A stretch of 64,000 nt of DNA from an uncultured SAR86 cluster bacterium (GTDB lineage: Bacteria > Pseudomonadota > Gammaproteobacteria > Magnimaribacterales > AG-339-G14): the NCBI GenBank assembly GCA_902589965.1, contig CACIUX010000001.1, forward strand, positions 35,526-99,525, read 5' to 3'. The position numbers and the translations under genes were made by a program. Shown piece after piece: positions 1-9,374 of this stretch. The first letter of the stretch is position 1. The number at the start of each line of letters is the position of its first letter. The notes beneath the pieces were generated by a model. It was not told the DNA's origin, did not search any database, and saw nothing but the letters and a program-made list of their open reading frames with translations.

Positions 1-2
1 TT

Positions 3-1283
3 GTAGCTGGTAATTATCATGGCTTTAATATTTATGAGATTGATCAATTGGGGGTTCCAAAGCTTCTTTCGTCTGTAGTTTGTCCAGGCGGACAAGGTGA
101 TGTATCGATTGTAGATAATTTATTAATTATGTCAGTAGAACAAACTAGAAGTCGGATAGACTGTGGATTACAAGGTGTTTCTAAAGAAGCAAGCCCTAAT
201 AGATTTAGAGGAATAAGAATATTTGATATCTCAAATTTATATGAACCTAAACAAGTTGGAGCTGTTCAAACTTGCAGAGGCTCTCACACTCACTCAGTAG
301 TTTCAGGTCCAGATCAAAATGGAAAGATTATTGTGTACAACTCTGGCACTCAAGGAGTAAGAGATGAAGAGGAAATGGAGGAATGCATAGGGAATATACC
401 AGGCGATAATAGGACAGCACTTTTCAGAATAGATGTTATTGAAATTCCTCTAGCAGATCCTTCTAAGTCGAAAATAGTAAGTAGTCCAACTGTATTTGCT
501 GATCCTGAAACAGGAGCTTTAGGCGGTCTTTGGACTGGCGGGGATCATGGAGATGATACCCAAGAGACAAGTCGAACCGATCAATGTCATGACATAACTG
601 TATTTCCATCGAAAAATTTAGCTGCTGGTGCTTGCTCAGGAAATGGAATTCTCTTTGATATTTCAGATCCCTATAACCCACAAAGAATTGATGTCGTCAC
701 TGATGTAGGTTTTGCCTATTGGCATTCTGCTACCTTTAATAACGAAGGAACTAAGGTAATTTTTACTGATGAATGGGGCGGTGGCGGAAGGGCCCGCTGC
801 AGGGCTTGGGATCCACTTGATTGGGGCGCTAATGCAATTTATGACATTGTAGATAATAAATTGGAATTTAAGAGTCATTACAAAATGCCAGCGCCACAGC
901 TAGAAACGGAAAACTGTGTTGCACATAATGGGTCTTTAATTCCAATTCCTGAAAAAGATATTTTTGTTCAAGCATGGTACCAGGGAGGAATATCTATAAT
1001 GGATTTTACTGATTCTGCGGATCCAAAAGAAATAGCTTTTTTTGACAGAGGCCCTGTAGATGATGAGCTACTCGTAATGGGTGGTTATTGGTCGGCTTAT
1101 TACTATGATGGTTATATTTACGGAACAGAAATATCTAGAGGTCTGGATGTATTTAGGTTATCTCCGAGTAAGTATCTATCTGAGCAAGAGATATTTGAGG
1201 CCTCTAAAGCTCAACCATTGTATGGACCAAAAGTATTTAATCCTCAGCAACAGGTACCTCTTGGATGGTTCATCGAGAATTAG
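3..1283 (+). CDS. LVIVD-repeat-like beta-propeller protein, 5' end cut by window edge
   Basis: The frame is open from nt 3 (VAGNYHGFNIYEIDQLG precedes the first Met at 48), so the gene starts upstream of the window. Recurrent strand motifs (GDVSIVDNLLIM, CHDITVF, GILFDISDP, GISIMDFTD, RGLDVFRL) resemble LVIVD-type propeller repeats. Family assigned by eye. Confidence 0.5.
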   Translation, partial: VAGNYHGFNIYEIDQLGVPKLLSSVVCPGGQGDVSIVDNLLIMSVEQTRSRIDCGLQGVSKEASPNRFRGIRIFDISNLYEPKQVGAVQTCRGSHTHSVVSGPDQNGKIIVYNSGTQGVRDEEEMEECIGNIPGDNRTALFRIDVIEIPLADPSKSKIVSSPTVFADPETGALGGLWTGGDHGDDTQETSRTDQCHDITVFPSKNLAAGACSGNGILFDISDPYNPQRIDVVTDVGFAYWHSATFNNEGTKVIFTDEWGGGGRARCRAWDPLDWGANAIYDIVDNKLEFKSHYKMPAPQLETENCVAHNGSLIPIPEKDIFVQAWYQGGISIMDFTDSADPKEIAFFDRGPVDDELLVMGGYWSAYYYDGYIYGTEISRGLDVFRLSPSKYLSEQEIFEASKAQPLYGPKVFNPQQQVPLGWFIEN

Positions 1284-1358
1284 GTACACAATAGTATCTT
1301 TTTAGTGATGATTTAAGAAGGTTTTTAGATGATGTAAATATTGGAATGTTATGAAATT

Positions 1359-2435
1359 ATGAAAAGTTTAAAAGATGAAATTAAGTTTCCTTGTGGCTTA
1401 TCTATGAAAAATAGATTTATGCTTGCTCCATTAACTAATACTCAGAGTCACGAAGATGGAGTTCTTTCTGACGATGAGTTTAATTGGTTAACCATGAGAG
1501 CCAAAGGAGGTTTTGGACTCACCATGTCTTGTGCCTCCCACGTTCAGGCAGTCGGTAAAGGTTTTCCTGGCCAATTGGGAATTTTTGGTGATGAACACAT
1601 AGAAGGATTAAAAAGACTAACCGATGAAATTAAATCTCACGAAAGTTTAGCCGTTGCCCAATTGCACCATGCTGGAATGAGATCGCCCGAGGATATTATT
1701 GGAAAGCAACCTGTTTGCCCTTCAGATGATGAGGAGACAAACTCAAGAGCATTGACTCTTGATGAGGTCAAAAGATTAAGAGATAACTTTATTGAAGCTG
1801 GAGTCAGAGCTAAAAAGGCAGGTTATGAAGGGGCTGAAATTCACGGAGCTCATGGCTATATTTTGTGTCAATTTTTAAGTTCTGATATTAACAAAAGACA
1901 TGATGAATACGGAGGAACTTTAGAAAACAGATCCAGAATCATTTTTGAGATCGTTGACGGCATTAGAAATGAATGCGGTCCTGAGTTTCTATTGGGAGTT
2001 AGATTATCTGCAGAAAGATTTGGGATTAAATTGGGAGAAACTAAAGAGGTTTGTAAAAAACTTATTGATACCGAAAAAATAGATTTCTTAGATATGTCAC
2101 TTTGGGACTCTTTTAAAGAGCCGGTGGAAGAAGAGCACAAGGGTAAAAACCTGTTAGAACATTTTACAGAACTTGATTTCAAAGATGTTCAGTTGACAGT
2201 AGCGGGAAACATAAGAACAGGTGAAAACGTTCATGAAATCCTTAATAATGAGGTAGATTTTGTAACTGTAGGGAGAGCGGCTATTCTCCATCATGATTTT
2301 CCTCTCAAAGTTATAGAAAATTCAGACTTTGAGCCCATAGAGCTTCCAGCTCCAAGATCTCACTTAATTAAAGAAGGGCTGAGCGATAAATTTATAAAAT
2401 ACATGGGGGCTTGGCCTGGTTTTGTGGGTGAATAA
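1359..2435 (+). CDS. NADH:flavin oxidoreductase, Old Yellow Enzyme family
   Basis: NRFMLAPLT near the N-terminus and HGAHGYILCQFLS are typical OYE/NemA-family motifs. The longest ORF starts at TTG 1341; the first ATG at 1359 is preferred. Confidence 0.8.
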   Translation: MKSLKDEIKFPCGLSMKNRFMLAPLTNTQSHEDGVLSDDEFNWLTMRAKGGFGLTMSCASHVQAVGKGFPGQLGIFGDEHIEGLKRLTDEIKSHESLAVAQLHHAGMRSPEDIIGKQPVCPSDDEETNSRALTLDEVKRLRDNFIEAGVRAKKAGYEGAEIHGAHGYILCQFLSSDINKRHDEYGGTLENRSRIIFEIVDGIRNECGPEFLLGVRLSAERFGIKLGETKEVCKKLIDTEKIDFLDMSLWDSFKEPVEEEHKGKNLLEHFTELDFKDVQLTVAGNIRTGENVHEILNNEVDFVTVGRAAILHHDFPLKVIENSDFEPIELPAPRSHLIKEGLSDKFIKYMGAWPGFVGE

Positions 2436-2445
2436 AGAAGTTGAA

Positions 2446-3204
2446 TTAACTTTTAAAATCATCTGAATTTTTGAGCATGTGAGCAGGACCATGATTGAGA
2501 TAGATGACTGCATTTTCACCAAATAACATTTCTTTTTGATAGCCAAAGTTTTTTCTATCGGCTGCCAACGGTGCCAATTCTTCAGCTTTCTTTACGGCCA
2601 ATTCAGGTAACTCTTCAAACGAGCCTATTGCTTGGATAATCCCAGCATCAAGCGCATCAGTTCCAGTCCATCTTTTTGATAATTGAACAGTTTCATAGAA
2701 GGCATTTGCTGGAATTTTATGCTTGAATAAAGATAACTCAGGTCTTGGAATAGATAAGCCTAGTTGCATTTCATTAGCGCATAAAAATCCTCTATCTTCT
2801 CTCATAATCCTTACATCATGAGTTAGAGCAAGCATAAATCCGGCTCCAAAAGCATGGCCGTTAATCGCACAAACTGTAGGAATTGGCAATGTTATAAAAC
2901 GGCCCATCAGAAGCATAAATTCTTTTCCAAAAACATCTCTATCGCCTCCATCAGGATTACTTTTAGGATCTTGCATCCAATCAAGATCTAAACCATTTGA
3001 AAAGAACTTAGGATTCTCAGATGAGGTGATTAATGCTCCAGGACCTTCATCTTTTTCAATTTCATCAAGGACTTTGGCTATTTCTCTTACAAAAGTAGTG
3101 TTCCAACGATTTTCATTGGCAGCTAAGTTTAAAAAATAGATTGATTCTTTTTTCTCTAGTTTTATCACAATGTTTTTTAATGGATTTACCGTTAAAAACA
3201 TCAT
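2446..3204 (-). CDS. enoyl-CoA hydratase/isomerase (crotonase) family protein
   Basis: Crotonase core CAINGHAFGAGFMLALTHDVRIM and a length of 252 aa. Confidence 0.8.
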   Translation of the reverse strand: MMFLTVNPLKNIVIKLEKKESIYFLNLAANENRWNTTFVREIAKVLDEIEKDEGPGALITSSENPKFFSNGLDLDWMQDPKSNPDGGDRDVFGKEFMLLMGRFITLPIPTVCAINGHAFGAGFMLALTHDVRIMREDRGFLCANEMQLGLSIPRPELSLFKHKIPANAFYETVQLSKRWTGTDALDAGIIQAIGSFEELPELAVKKAEELAPLAADRKNFGYQKEMLFGENAVIYLNHGPAHMLKNSDDFKS

Positions 3205-3284
3205 ACATAAAAATAATACAAATTAGATACAAACTTTCTTTAGATGCTTTAATATCTCGCCCTAAGAAAATATAGGAGAAGGAA

Positions 3285-3827
3285 ATGAGCGATCCATTAA
3301 ATTTGAAAAAACACATTAGAGAGGTTAAAGATTTCCCAATTGAAGGGATTAATTTTAGAGACATAACAAGCCTCTTAGAAAATCCTGAAGCCTTTCAAAC
3401 TTCCTGCAAGGAATTAATAAAAGTTTCTAAAAATTTTAATGCTTCGGTCATCGCAAGCATCGAGAGCAGAGGTTTTATTTTTGCAGGCTCAATTTCTTTT
3501 GAGCTAGGGCTTCCTTTTGTCTTAGCAAGAAAACCAGGAAAACTTCCTAACAAAACATTTAAAAAAGACTTTGATTTAGAATATGGGAGCACTTCTATTG
3601 AGATTCAAAAAAATACAACCTTTAAGAGGTCTGATAGGGTTGTCATTGTTGATGACTTGGTCGCAACTGGTGGTACAGCAATTGCTTGCGCAGAACTATT
3701 AACTGAAAACTTTAAAATTAAGAAATCAAATATTCTTATTTTAGGCGTTATAGATTTGCCTAAATTAGGCGGCAGCGATCTAATTGTTAAAGAGGGATAC
3801 AATATTCAGACTCTTGTTTCTTACTAG
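3285..3827 (+). CDS. apt: adenine phosphoribosyltransferase
   Basis: DFPIEGINFRDIT near the N-terminus and the PRPP loop VVIVDDLVATGGTAIA. 180 aa. GGAGAAGGA Shine-Dalgarno sequence upstream. Confidence 0.9.
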   Translation: MSDPLNLKKHIREVKDFPIEGINFRDITSLLENPEAFQTSCKELIKVSKNFNASVIASIESRGFIFAGSISFELGLPFVLARKPGKLPNKTFKKDFDLEYGSTSIEIQKNTTFKRSDRVVIVDDLVATGGTAIACAELLTENFKIKKSNILILGVIDLPKLGGSDLIVKEGYNIQTLVSY

Positions 3828-3881
3828 TTGGGATAAGAAAAAATACCTGCTAATCTTTATTTATTCAAACAGGAGAGAGAA

Positions 3882-4340
3882 ATGAAAATCTTTTTATCAA
3901 TACTATTAGTTTTTTCAATTCACATTTTTTCAGATGATCATAAAAAGCTTGATCCAATTATATTCATGCTAGATTTGTCAGTTAACGATGGAAAAATAAA
4001 AAAGGCAGAAAAATTTACATACGACATTACAAAAAATGTCATGAAAATGGAGCCAGATACGGTCATTTATCAATACTATTTTGACTCAGAAGAAAAAGTC
4101 TTTTTATACGAAGTTTATAAAAGTAACGAAGCTGCCATCGAGCACGTCAAAAATTTTCGTGGTAGCAAATGGGAAAGTAAATTTGGAGAGTTATTTTCTA
4201 TCGAAAATTTTGCTGTTCTAGGAGAAGCATCCAAAGATTTGAAGAAGTCTCTTGAGGGTTACACAACCGATTTTAGGTATTTAAAAGGAGGATTTCACAA
4301 GCCTGCGAAAAAGTTATCTAAAGAAATTATGAATCTTTAA
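3882..4340 (+). CDS. exported small protein, possible ABM (antibiotic biosynthesis monooxygenase-like) fold
   Basis: N-terminal signal-like segment MKIFLSILLVFSIHIFS. EVYKSNEAAIEHVKNF resembles ABM-domain proteins. AGGAGAGAGA Shine-Dalgarno sequence upstream. The function call is weak. Confidence 0.4.
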   Translation: MKIFLSILLVFSIHIFSDDHKKLDPIIFMLDLSVNDGKIKKAEKFTYDITKNVMKMEPDTVIYQYYFDSEEKVFLYEVYKSNEAAIEHVKNFRGSKWESKFGELFSIENFAVLGEASKDLKKSLEGYTTDFRYLKGGFHKPAKKLSKEIMNL

Positions 4341-4347
4341 ATCTCCC

Positions 4348-5004
4348 GTGAGCAATTCAGAAATTGGAGTGGATAGAGATCAAGATATAATTTTGTGGGG
4401 ATCTGGAACAGCCAGAACTTTTCGTCCTATATGGATGGCAGAAGAATTAGGTTTAAGCTATGTGCTAAAGACTATTGGTCCAAGAACTGGCGAAACTCAG
4501 ACAAAGGAATTTACTAGTTTAAACAGGAAACAAAAAATTCCATTAATGCAAATAGGAGAGTTTTATTTATCCGAGAGTCTCGCAATTTGTAAATATTTGC
4601 AAAGAGCGTTCCCTTCAAAAAGATTATTTATTCCAAATACAGATGCCCAACTGGCTAAAGAAGATGAATGGTGTTGTTTTATTTTAGGCGAGATTGACGA
4701 GACATCGCTTTATGTCATGAGAAGACATTATGATCTAAAAGAAATTTACGGTGGATCAAAGATGGTTACAAATGCATGTAGAGATTACTTGAAAAGACAA
4801 TTTGAGGTTATTGAGGAATATTTAGAAGATAAAAACTACATCATGAAAGAAGGCTTTGGAATTTGTGATATTTTCTTAATTTCATGTTTAGATTGGGCTA
4901 TATTTTATGAGTTCGAATTGACTAAAAATATTACAAAATACAGAGACGATATTATTAATAGGCCAGCATATTCAAAAGCCATGAATATAAACTATTCTAC
5001 ATAA
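4348..5004 (+). CDS. glutathione S-transferase family protein
   Basis: N-terminal thioredoxin-like segment IILWGSGTARTFRPIWMAEELGL, IPLMQIGEFYLSESLAICKYL, and a C-terminal helical domain. The start is uncertain (GTG 4348 or GTG 4369). Confidence 0.75.
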   Translation: MSNSEIGVDRDQDIILWGSGTARTFRPIWMAEELGLSYVLKTIGPRTGETQTKEFTSLNRKQKIPLMQIGEFYLSESLAICKYLQRAFPSKRLFIPNTDAQLAKEDEWCCFILGEIDETSLYVMRRHYDLKEIYGGSKMVTNACRDYLKRQFEVIEEYLEDKNYIMKEGFGICDIFLISCLDWAIFYEFELTKNITKYRDDIINRPAYSKAMNINYST

Positions 5005-5009
5005 AAGTA

Positions 5010-6191
5010 ATGGGACCACTGCAAGGAGTAAAAGTTCTCGATCTTACCAGCATGGTTTCAGGGCCCATGGGAGCAATGATTTTATCCGATCAAGGTGCAG
5101 AGGTAATCAAAGTTGAGCCATTAAATGGAGAATTAGTTCGACATATGGCTGCAGATCATAATGGACTCAATCCAGTTTTTTATTCGTGTAATAGAGGTAA
5201 AAAGTCTATTGCTATAGATCTGAAAACTAAACAAGGTAAAGAGATACTATTTAAGCTTGCTTCTGAAGCAGATGTACTTATGCAAAATTTTCGTCCAGGC
5301 GCTATTGAAAGAATGGGTTTCGGCGAGAAAGAAATAAGAAAAATTAATAAAGATATTATTTATGTCTCGATAAGTGGATTTGGTAAAAACGGTCCTTACT
5401 CTGCATCAAGAGTTTATGATCCAGTTATTCAAGCTCTTTCCGGCGCAACAGACATACAAGCCGATAGAGACACCGGTAGACCCAAGATGTTCAGAATTAT
5501 CATTGCTGACAAAGTTACCTCATTGACTACAGCACAGGCAGTATCATCTGCTTTGTATGTAAGAGAAAAAAAAGGAATTGCTCAACACATTGAACTCTCG
5601 ATGTTGGATTGCATGCTTTCCTTTTTCTGGCCAGAGGGAATGGCAGGAATTGTTTTTGCTGATAAAGAAACTGATGTTAGGAAATTACAGGGCTCTCAAG
5701 ATTTAATTTATAAAGCAAAAGATAGATACATAACAGCAGGAGCTGTCTCTGATGCTGAATGGAAGGGAATGTGCACAGCCTTAAACAGGGAAGATCTAAT
5801 TGAAGACGAAAGATTTTCGACCCCTTCAGGAAGAGTCATTAATTCACAAATTAGAAAAGAAATTACTGGAGAAGAAATTGCTAAATGGGAAAGTGAAGAG
5901 ATCCTAGCTTTGTTTCAAAAAGAGGGTGTGCCCTGTGCTCCTTTGCTGGATCGAATGGAACTTCTTGAAAATGAACAAATACTAGCTAATGATTCAATTC
6001 TGAGAACAAAATATGAATCTTTAGGAGAAGTAAGACAAGCGAGACCTGCAGCTCAATTTACAAAAACGCCCAGCGAAATAGTTAGGCCTGCACCAAGACT
6101 TGGTGAGCACACAGAAGATATTTTATTCAAAGCAGGCTACAAAAAGAATGAAATCCAAACTTTTTTGAAAGAAAAAATTGTTAAAACATAA
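5010..6191 (+). CDS. family III CoA-transferase (CaiB/BaiF type)
   Basis: LQGVKVLDLTSMVSGPMGAMILSDQGAEVIKVEP is the canonical N-terminus of this family. 393 aa. Confidence 0.85.
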   Translation: MGPLQGVKVLDLTSMVSGPMGAMILSDQGAEVIKVEPLNGELVRHMAADHNGLNPVFYSCNRGKKSIAIDLKTKQGKEILFKLASEADVLMQNFRPGAIERMGFGEKEIRKINKDIIYVSISGFGKNGPYSASRVYDPVIQALSGATDIQADRDTGRPKMFRIIIADKVTSLTTAQAVSSALYVREKKGIAQHIELSMLDCMLSFFWPEGMAGIVFADKETDVRKLQGSQDLIYKAKDRYITAGAVSDAEWKGMCTALNREDLIEDERFSTPSGRVINSQIRKEITGEEIAKWESEEILALFQKEGVPCAPLLDRMELLENEQILANDSILRTKYESLGEVRQARPAAQFTKTPSEIVRPAPRLGEHTEDILFKAGYKKNEIQTFLKEKIVKT

Positions 6192-6275
6192 TCAAAATAG
6201 TCTTTTTATTGCCATGGAAAAAAGATTCATTTATCTAATTAACCCTATAAACTAATCAATCAAACAAGAGGATAT

Positions 6276-6695
6276 ATGCACCCGATAGAAAAATGGCACA
6301 AACTGATTAAATCAAATGATCCTAATAAATTTGATGAATTATTGGATGAAAATTGTACTTTTTACTCTCCAGTTGTTTTCACTCCAATTAAAGGCAGAGA
6401 GATGACAAAAATGTATTTAATGGCTGCCGGTGGTGTTTTTGGAGAAGGGCCCACCAAAGGAGAAGAAAGCAAATCTAAGCCTTTTAAATACATTAAAGAA
6501 GTTATTGATAAAAATTCAGCAGTTTTAGAATTTGAGTCAACAATTGATGGAATCTACATAAATGGAATTGACTTAGTTTCTTGGAATGATGAGGGAAAAA
6601 TTACTGAATTCAAAGTAATCGTTAGACCTCTTCAAGCAGTTAATAAGCTTCATGAGCAAATGCAAAACATGCTTGAACAAATGAAAACTGCATAA
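6276..6695 (+). CDS. NTF2-like / SnoaL-like small protein
   Basis: 139 aa. The pattern WHKLIKSNDPNKFDELLDENCTFYSPV resembles SnoaL/NTF2-like domains. AAGAGGA Shine-Dalgarno sequence upstream. Confidence 0.5.
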   Translation: MHPIEKWHKLIKSNDPNKFDELLDENCTFYSPVVFTPIKGREMTKMYLMAAGGVFGEGPTKGEESKSKPFKYIKEVIDKNSAVLEFESTIDGIYINGIDLVSWNDEGKITEFKVIVRPLQAVNKLHEQMQNMLEQMKTA

Positions 6696-6700
6696 CAAGC

Positions 6701-7849
6701 TTGTCACAAAAAGTTTCAATTGTCGGAGCGGGTATATCTGGCCTAACTGCGGGGATTTGCCTTTCAAAAAAAAATATTCCCTCAGTCATTTATGAGAGAA
6801 ACTCAGCGATATCAGAGGTCTCAGCTGGGATAAATTTGTCTCCAAACGCTACAAATCTATTGCAAAAAATTGGAGTTCTTGAAGATTTAATTTCCTTAAG
6901 TCATCAGCCATCTAAAGTGGTTTTTAGAGATCACAAAGGTAAAAAGATCAGCTCTTATACGGTGAATAAAGGCGATGAAAAGTATCTGACTCTAAACCGA
7001 AAAAGACTTGTTGGCGTGCTTTATAACAAATATCTAGAGCATGGCGGTGAAGTTGTTTTCGATAATAAGATAGAGGATTTTAAAAATAATGATATTACAT
7101 CTAAAGATAAATCTTTGGACGGAGAGATGATGTTTGGTTGCGATGGAATTAATTCTTCATTACGAACAAAAAAATTTAAATCTGCTTCCCCTTTATTTTC
7201 TGGTTTTGTAGCATGGAGAAGCATCAAGGAATCTTCATATCCATTTGAAAAAAATAACGGAGAAGATATAAATTTCTATTTAGGTCCAAATTCACACATT
7301 GTTACATATCCAATTGGAGAACGAACCTACAGCGCAACATGCATCATTAAATCTAGTGATTGGACTGAAGAATCTTGGATATTGAGAGGCTCTAAAGGTG
7401 AGTTCAAATCTGACTTTAAAGATTGGAATGATGATTTATTATCTTATCTTTCAGATTCTGAACTCTACAAATGGGGAATTTTTCAAAGGCCTCCATTGGA
7501 AAGCTTTTCTTATAATAACTTATTTCTTTTAGGGGACAGTGCTCATGCAATGGTTCCTTTTTTAGGTCAAGGTTCCTGCTTGGCAATAGAGGATAGTTAT
7601 TGTCTTGCTGAAATTTTAGAAAAAAAAGAACTTTCGGTTGAAGTCAAAAAAATATTTGATGATTTGAGGCTATCGAGATGCAAAAACATCTATAAGAGAT
7701 CACTTAGACAAGCTAAGTTTAATCATATTTCCAATCCGCTATTAACTCTTTTTAGAAATAAACTTTTGAGTTTCCTGCCTTTAGCAGATTTTATGATCCG
7801 AGATATCCATAGCTATGATCTTGATGCAGAGCTAAAAAAAATTATCTAG
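6701..7849 (+). CDS. FAD-dependent aromatic-ring monooxygenase (salicylate hydroxylase-like)
   Basis: N-terminal dinucleotide fold VSIVGAGISGLTAG, internal GCDGINSSLR, and C-terminal LLGDSAHAMVPFLGQG motifs of group A flavin monooxygenases. TTG start. Confidence 0.8.
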   Translation: MSQKVSIVGAGISGLTAGICLSKKNIPSVIYERNSAISEVSAGINLSPNATNLLQKIGVLEDLISLSHQPSKVVFRDHKGKKISSYTVNKGDEKYLTLNRKRLVGVLYNKYLEHGGEVVFDNKIEDFKNNDITSKDKSLDGEMMFGCDGINSSLRTKKFKSASPLFSGFVAWRSIKESSYPFEKNNGEDINFYLGPNSHIVTYPIGERTYSATCIIKSSDWTEESWILRGSKGEFKSDFKDWNDDLLSYLSDSELYKWGIFQRPPLESFSYNNLFLLGDSAHAMVPFLGQGSCLAIEDSYCLAEILEKKELSVEVKKIFDDLRLSRCKNIYKRSLRQAKFNHISNPLLTLFRNKLLSFLPLADFMIRDIHSYDLDAELKKII

Positions 7850-8629
7850 TTACCTGGAACCTTGACCATCATCTATTTTGATACATGTACCTGTTACACA
7901 TTCTGATGATGGAGATACCAAAAAAAGTAGGGTCGAATCCATTTGCTCAGGAAGTCCAATCCTCTTCCGAGGAAACGCCTGACTAATATCACCAACCCTT
8001 TCGATCATCCCATCCATCATTTCGGATGAAAAAGCTCCGGGTGCAATTGCATTGACATTGATATTTTTTGCAGACCATTCAACTGCCAAAGCTTCTGACA
8101 TCCTAACAACAGCTCTTTTAGTTATGGAATATAATGATGCTGCAGATTGGGGTGTTGTGTTGTAGGCAGCTATTGATGCAATATTCACCATCCTTCCAGG
8201 CATGTTTTTTTCAATTAATCTTTTTGCTACTTCTATAGAGAGCAGATAAGGTCCTGTTAAATTGGTGCCTATGACATTATCTATTAATTCGTCTGATTGT
8301 TTTATGGCCCATTGAGCGTCAGGAATGCCAGCATTGTTAATCAAAGTATCGATGGTTCCAAACTCATTTTCAACCGATTGAACTGCAGCTCTGATGCTTT
8401 CTCTATCAACCATATCAATCGGAACAACTGTACATTCCCCGCCATCATTTCTTATTTCCTCAGCTAAAGCTTCTAATTTTTCAATCCTTCTAGCAGAAAT
8501 TGCTACTTTCGCTCCGCATTTTGCTAATACTTTTGCAAATCTATATCCCAAACCTGAAGAAGCTCCTGTCACGAAAGCTACCTGGCCTGTTAGATCAATT
8601 GAAAAATTTGGTACCGTATTCTCCATCAT
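7850..8629 (-). CDS. short-chain dehydrogenase/reductase (SDR)
   Basis: VAFVTGASSGLG cofactor motif, NNAG, and the catalytic YSITK motif. 259 aa. Confidence 0.85.
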   Translation of the reverse strand: MMENTVPNFSIDLTGQVAFVTGASSGLGYRFAKVLAKCGAKVAISARRIEKLEALAEEIRNDGGECTVVPIDMVDRESIRAAVQSVENEFGTIDTLINNAGIPDAQWAIKQSDELIDNVIGTNLTGPYLLSIEVAKRLIEKNMPGRMVNIASIAAYNTTPQSAASLYSITKRAVVRMSEALAVEWSAKNINVNAIAPGAFSSEMMDGMIERVGDISQAFPRKRIGLPEQMDSTLLFLVSPSSECVTGTCIKIDDGQGSR

Positions 8630-8690
8630 TTACTCTTTTTTTTTCTTTATACTATATTAAATTACAATTCATAAAGATGGGGGATCTTTT

Positions 8691-9374
8691 ATGCTTTGGT
8701 TGAAAACTTTATTAGGAATCACTGTCCAAGCTTTTTTTCTAGGAGCTATTATTTATTTGCCTGCATGGACTTGGTATTGGGAAGATGCAATTACTTGGTT
8801 TAGCATTTTTTATTTCATGACGTTTTTTTCATGTATTTATTTGCTGATTTATAAGCCTGAAAGCTTAGAGGCAAGATTAAATGTGCAACCCAGCAGTCAG
8901 CCAAGAGAAGATAAAATTGCGACTTCTTTAATGGTTACTGCTATCGCGTTAGGACTAATTCTTTCTCCTTTAGATGCGTTTCATTTTCAAGTTACACCAT
9001 CCTTCGAGGGCATTTTGAAAATATCAGGGCTAGGAATTTATGTAACAGGTTATCTCTTCATACTAGCTTCGATGCTTGCTAACGAATTTGCAGAAATGAC
9101 AGTAAATATCCAAGATGACAGAGGACAAAAGGTCATTGATACCGGAGTTTATGCTTATGTGCGCCATCCAATGTACACAGGGTTTATTTTTTTTATTCTA
9201 GGTACAAATCTTTGGTTAGGAACTTACCTTTCATTTGGTATCTCAGTAATAGCTCTGGCTATTGGTCTTTATTTCAGAATTCGGATAGAGGAAAAAACAC
9301 TGATAAATGAATTGGACGGCTATCAAGATTATTTAAAAAAGGTAAAATTCAAAGTAATCCCATACATCATATGA
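8691..9374 (+). CDS. isoprenylcysteine carboxyl methyltransferase-like (ICMT/PEMT family) membrane protein
   Basis: Multi-pass hydrophobic protein with GVYAYVRHPMYTGFIFFILG, typical of the ICMT/PEMT family. GGGGGA Shine-Dalgarno sequence upstream. Confidence 0.65.
   Translation: MLWLKTLLGITVQAFFLGAIIYLPAWTWYWEDAITWFSIFYFMTFFSCIYLLIYKPESLEARLNVQPSSQPREDKIATSLMVTAIALGLILSPLDAFHFQVTPSFEGILKISGLGIYVTGYLFILASMLANEFAEMTVNIQDDRGQKVIDTGVYAYVRHPMYTGFIFFILGTNLWLGTYLSFGISVIALAIGLYFRIRIEEKTLINELDGYQDYLKKVKFKVIPYII

Noticed and set aside
6192-6275. 84-nt spacer after the first CoA-transferase gene, checked for a terminator or regulatory RNA (CTTTTT-N10-AAAAAG)
   Set aside because: There is only a 6-bp all-A/T stem. 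That is not a credible intrinsic terminator, and I see no conserved motif.
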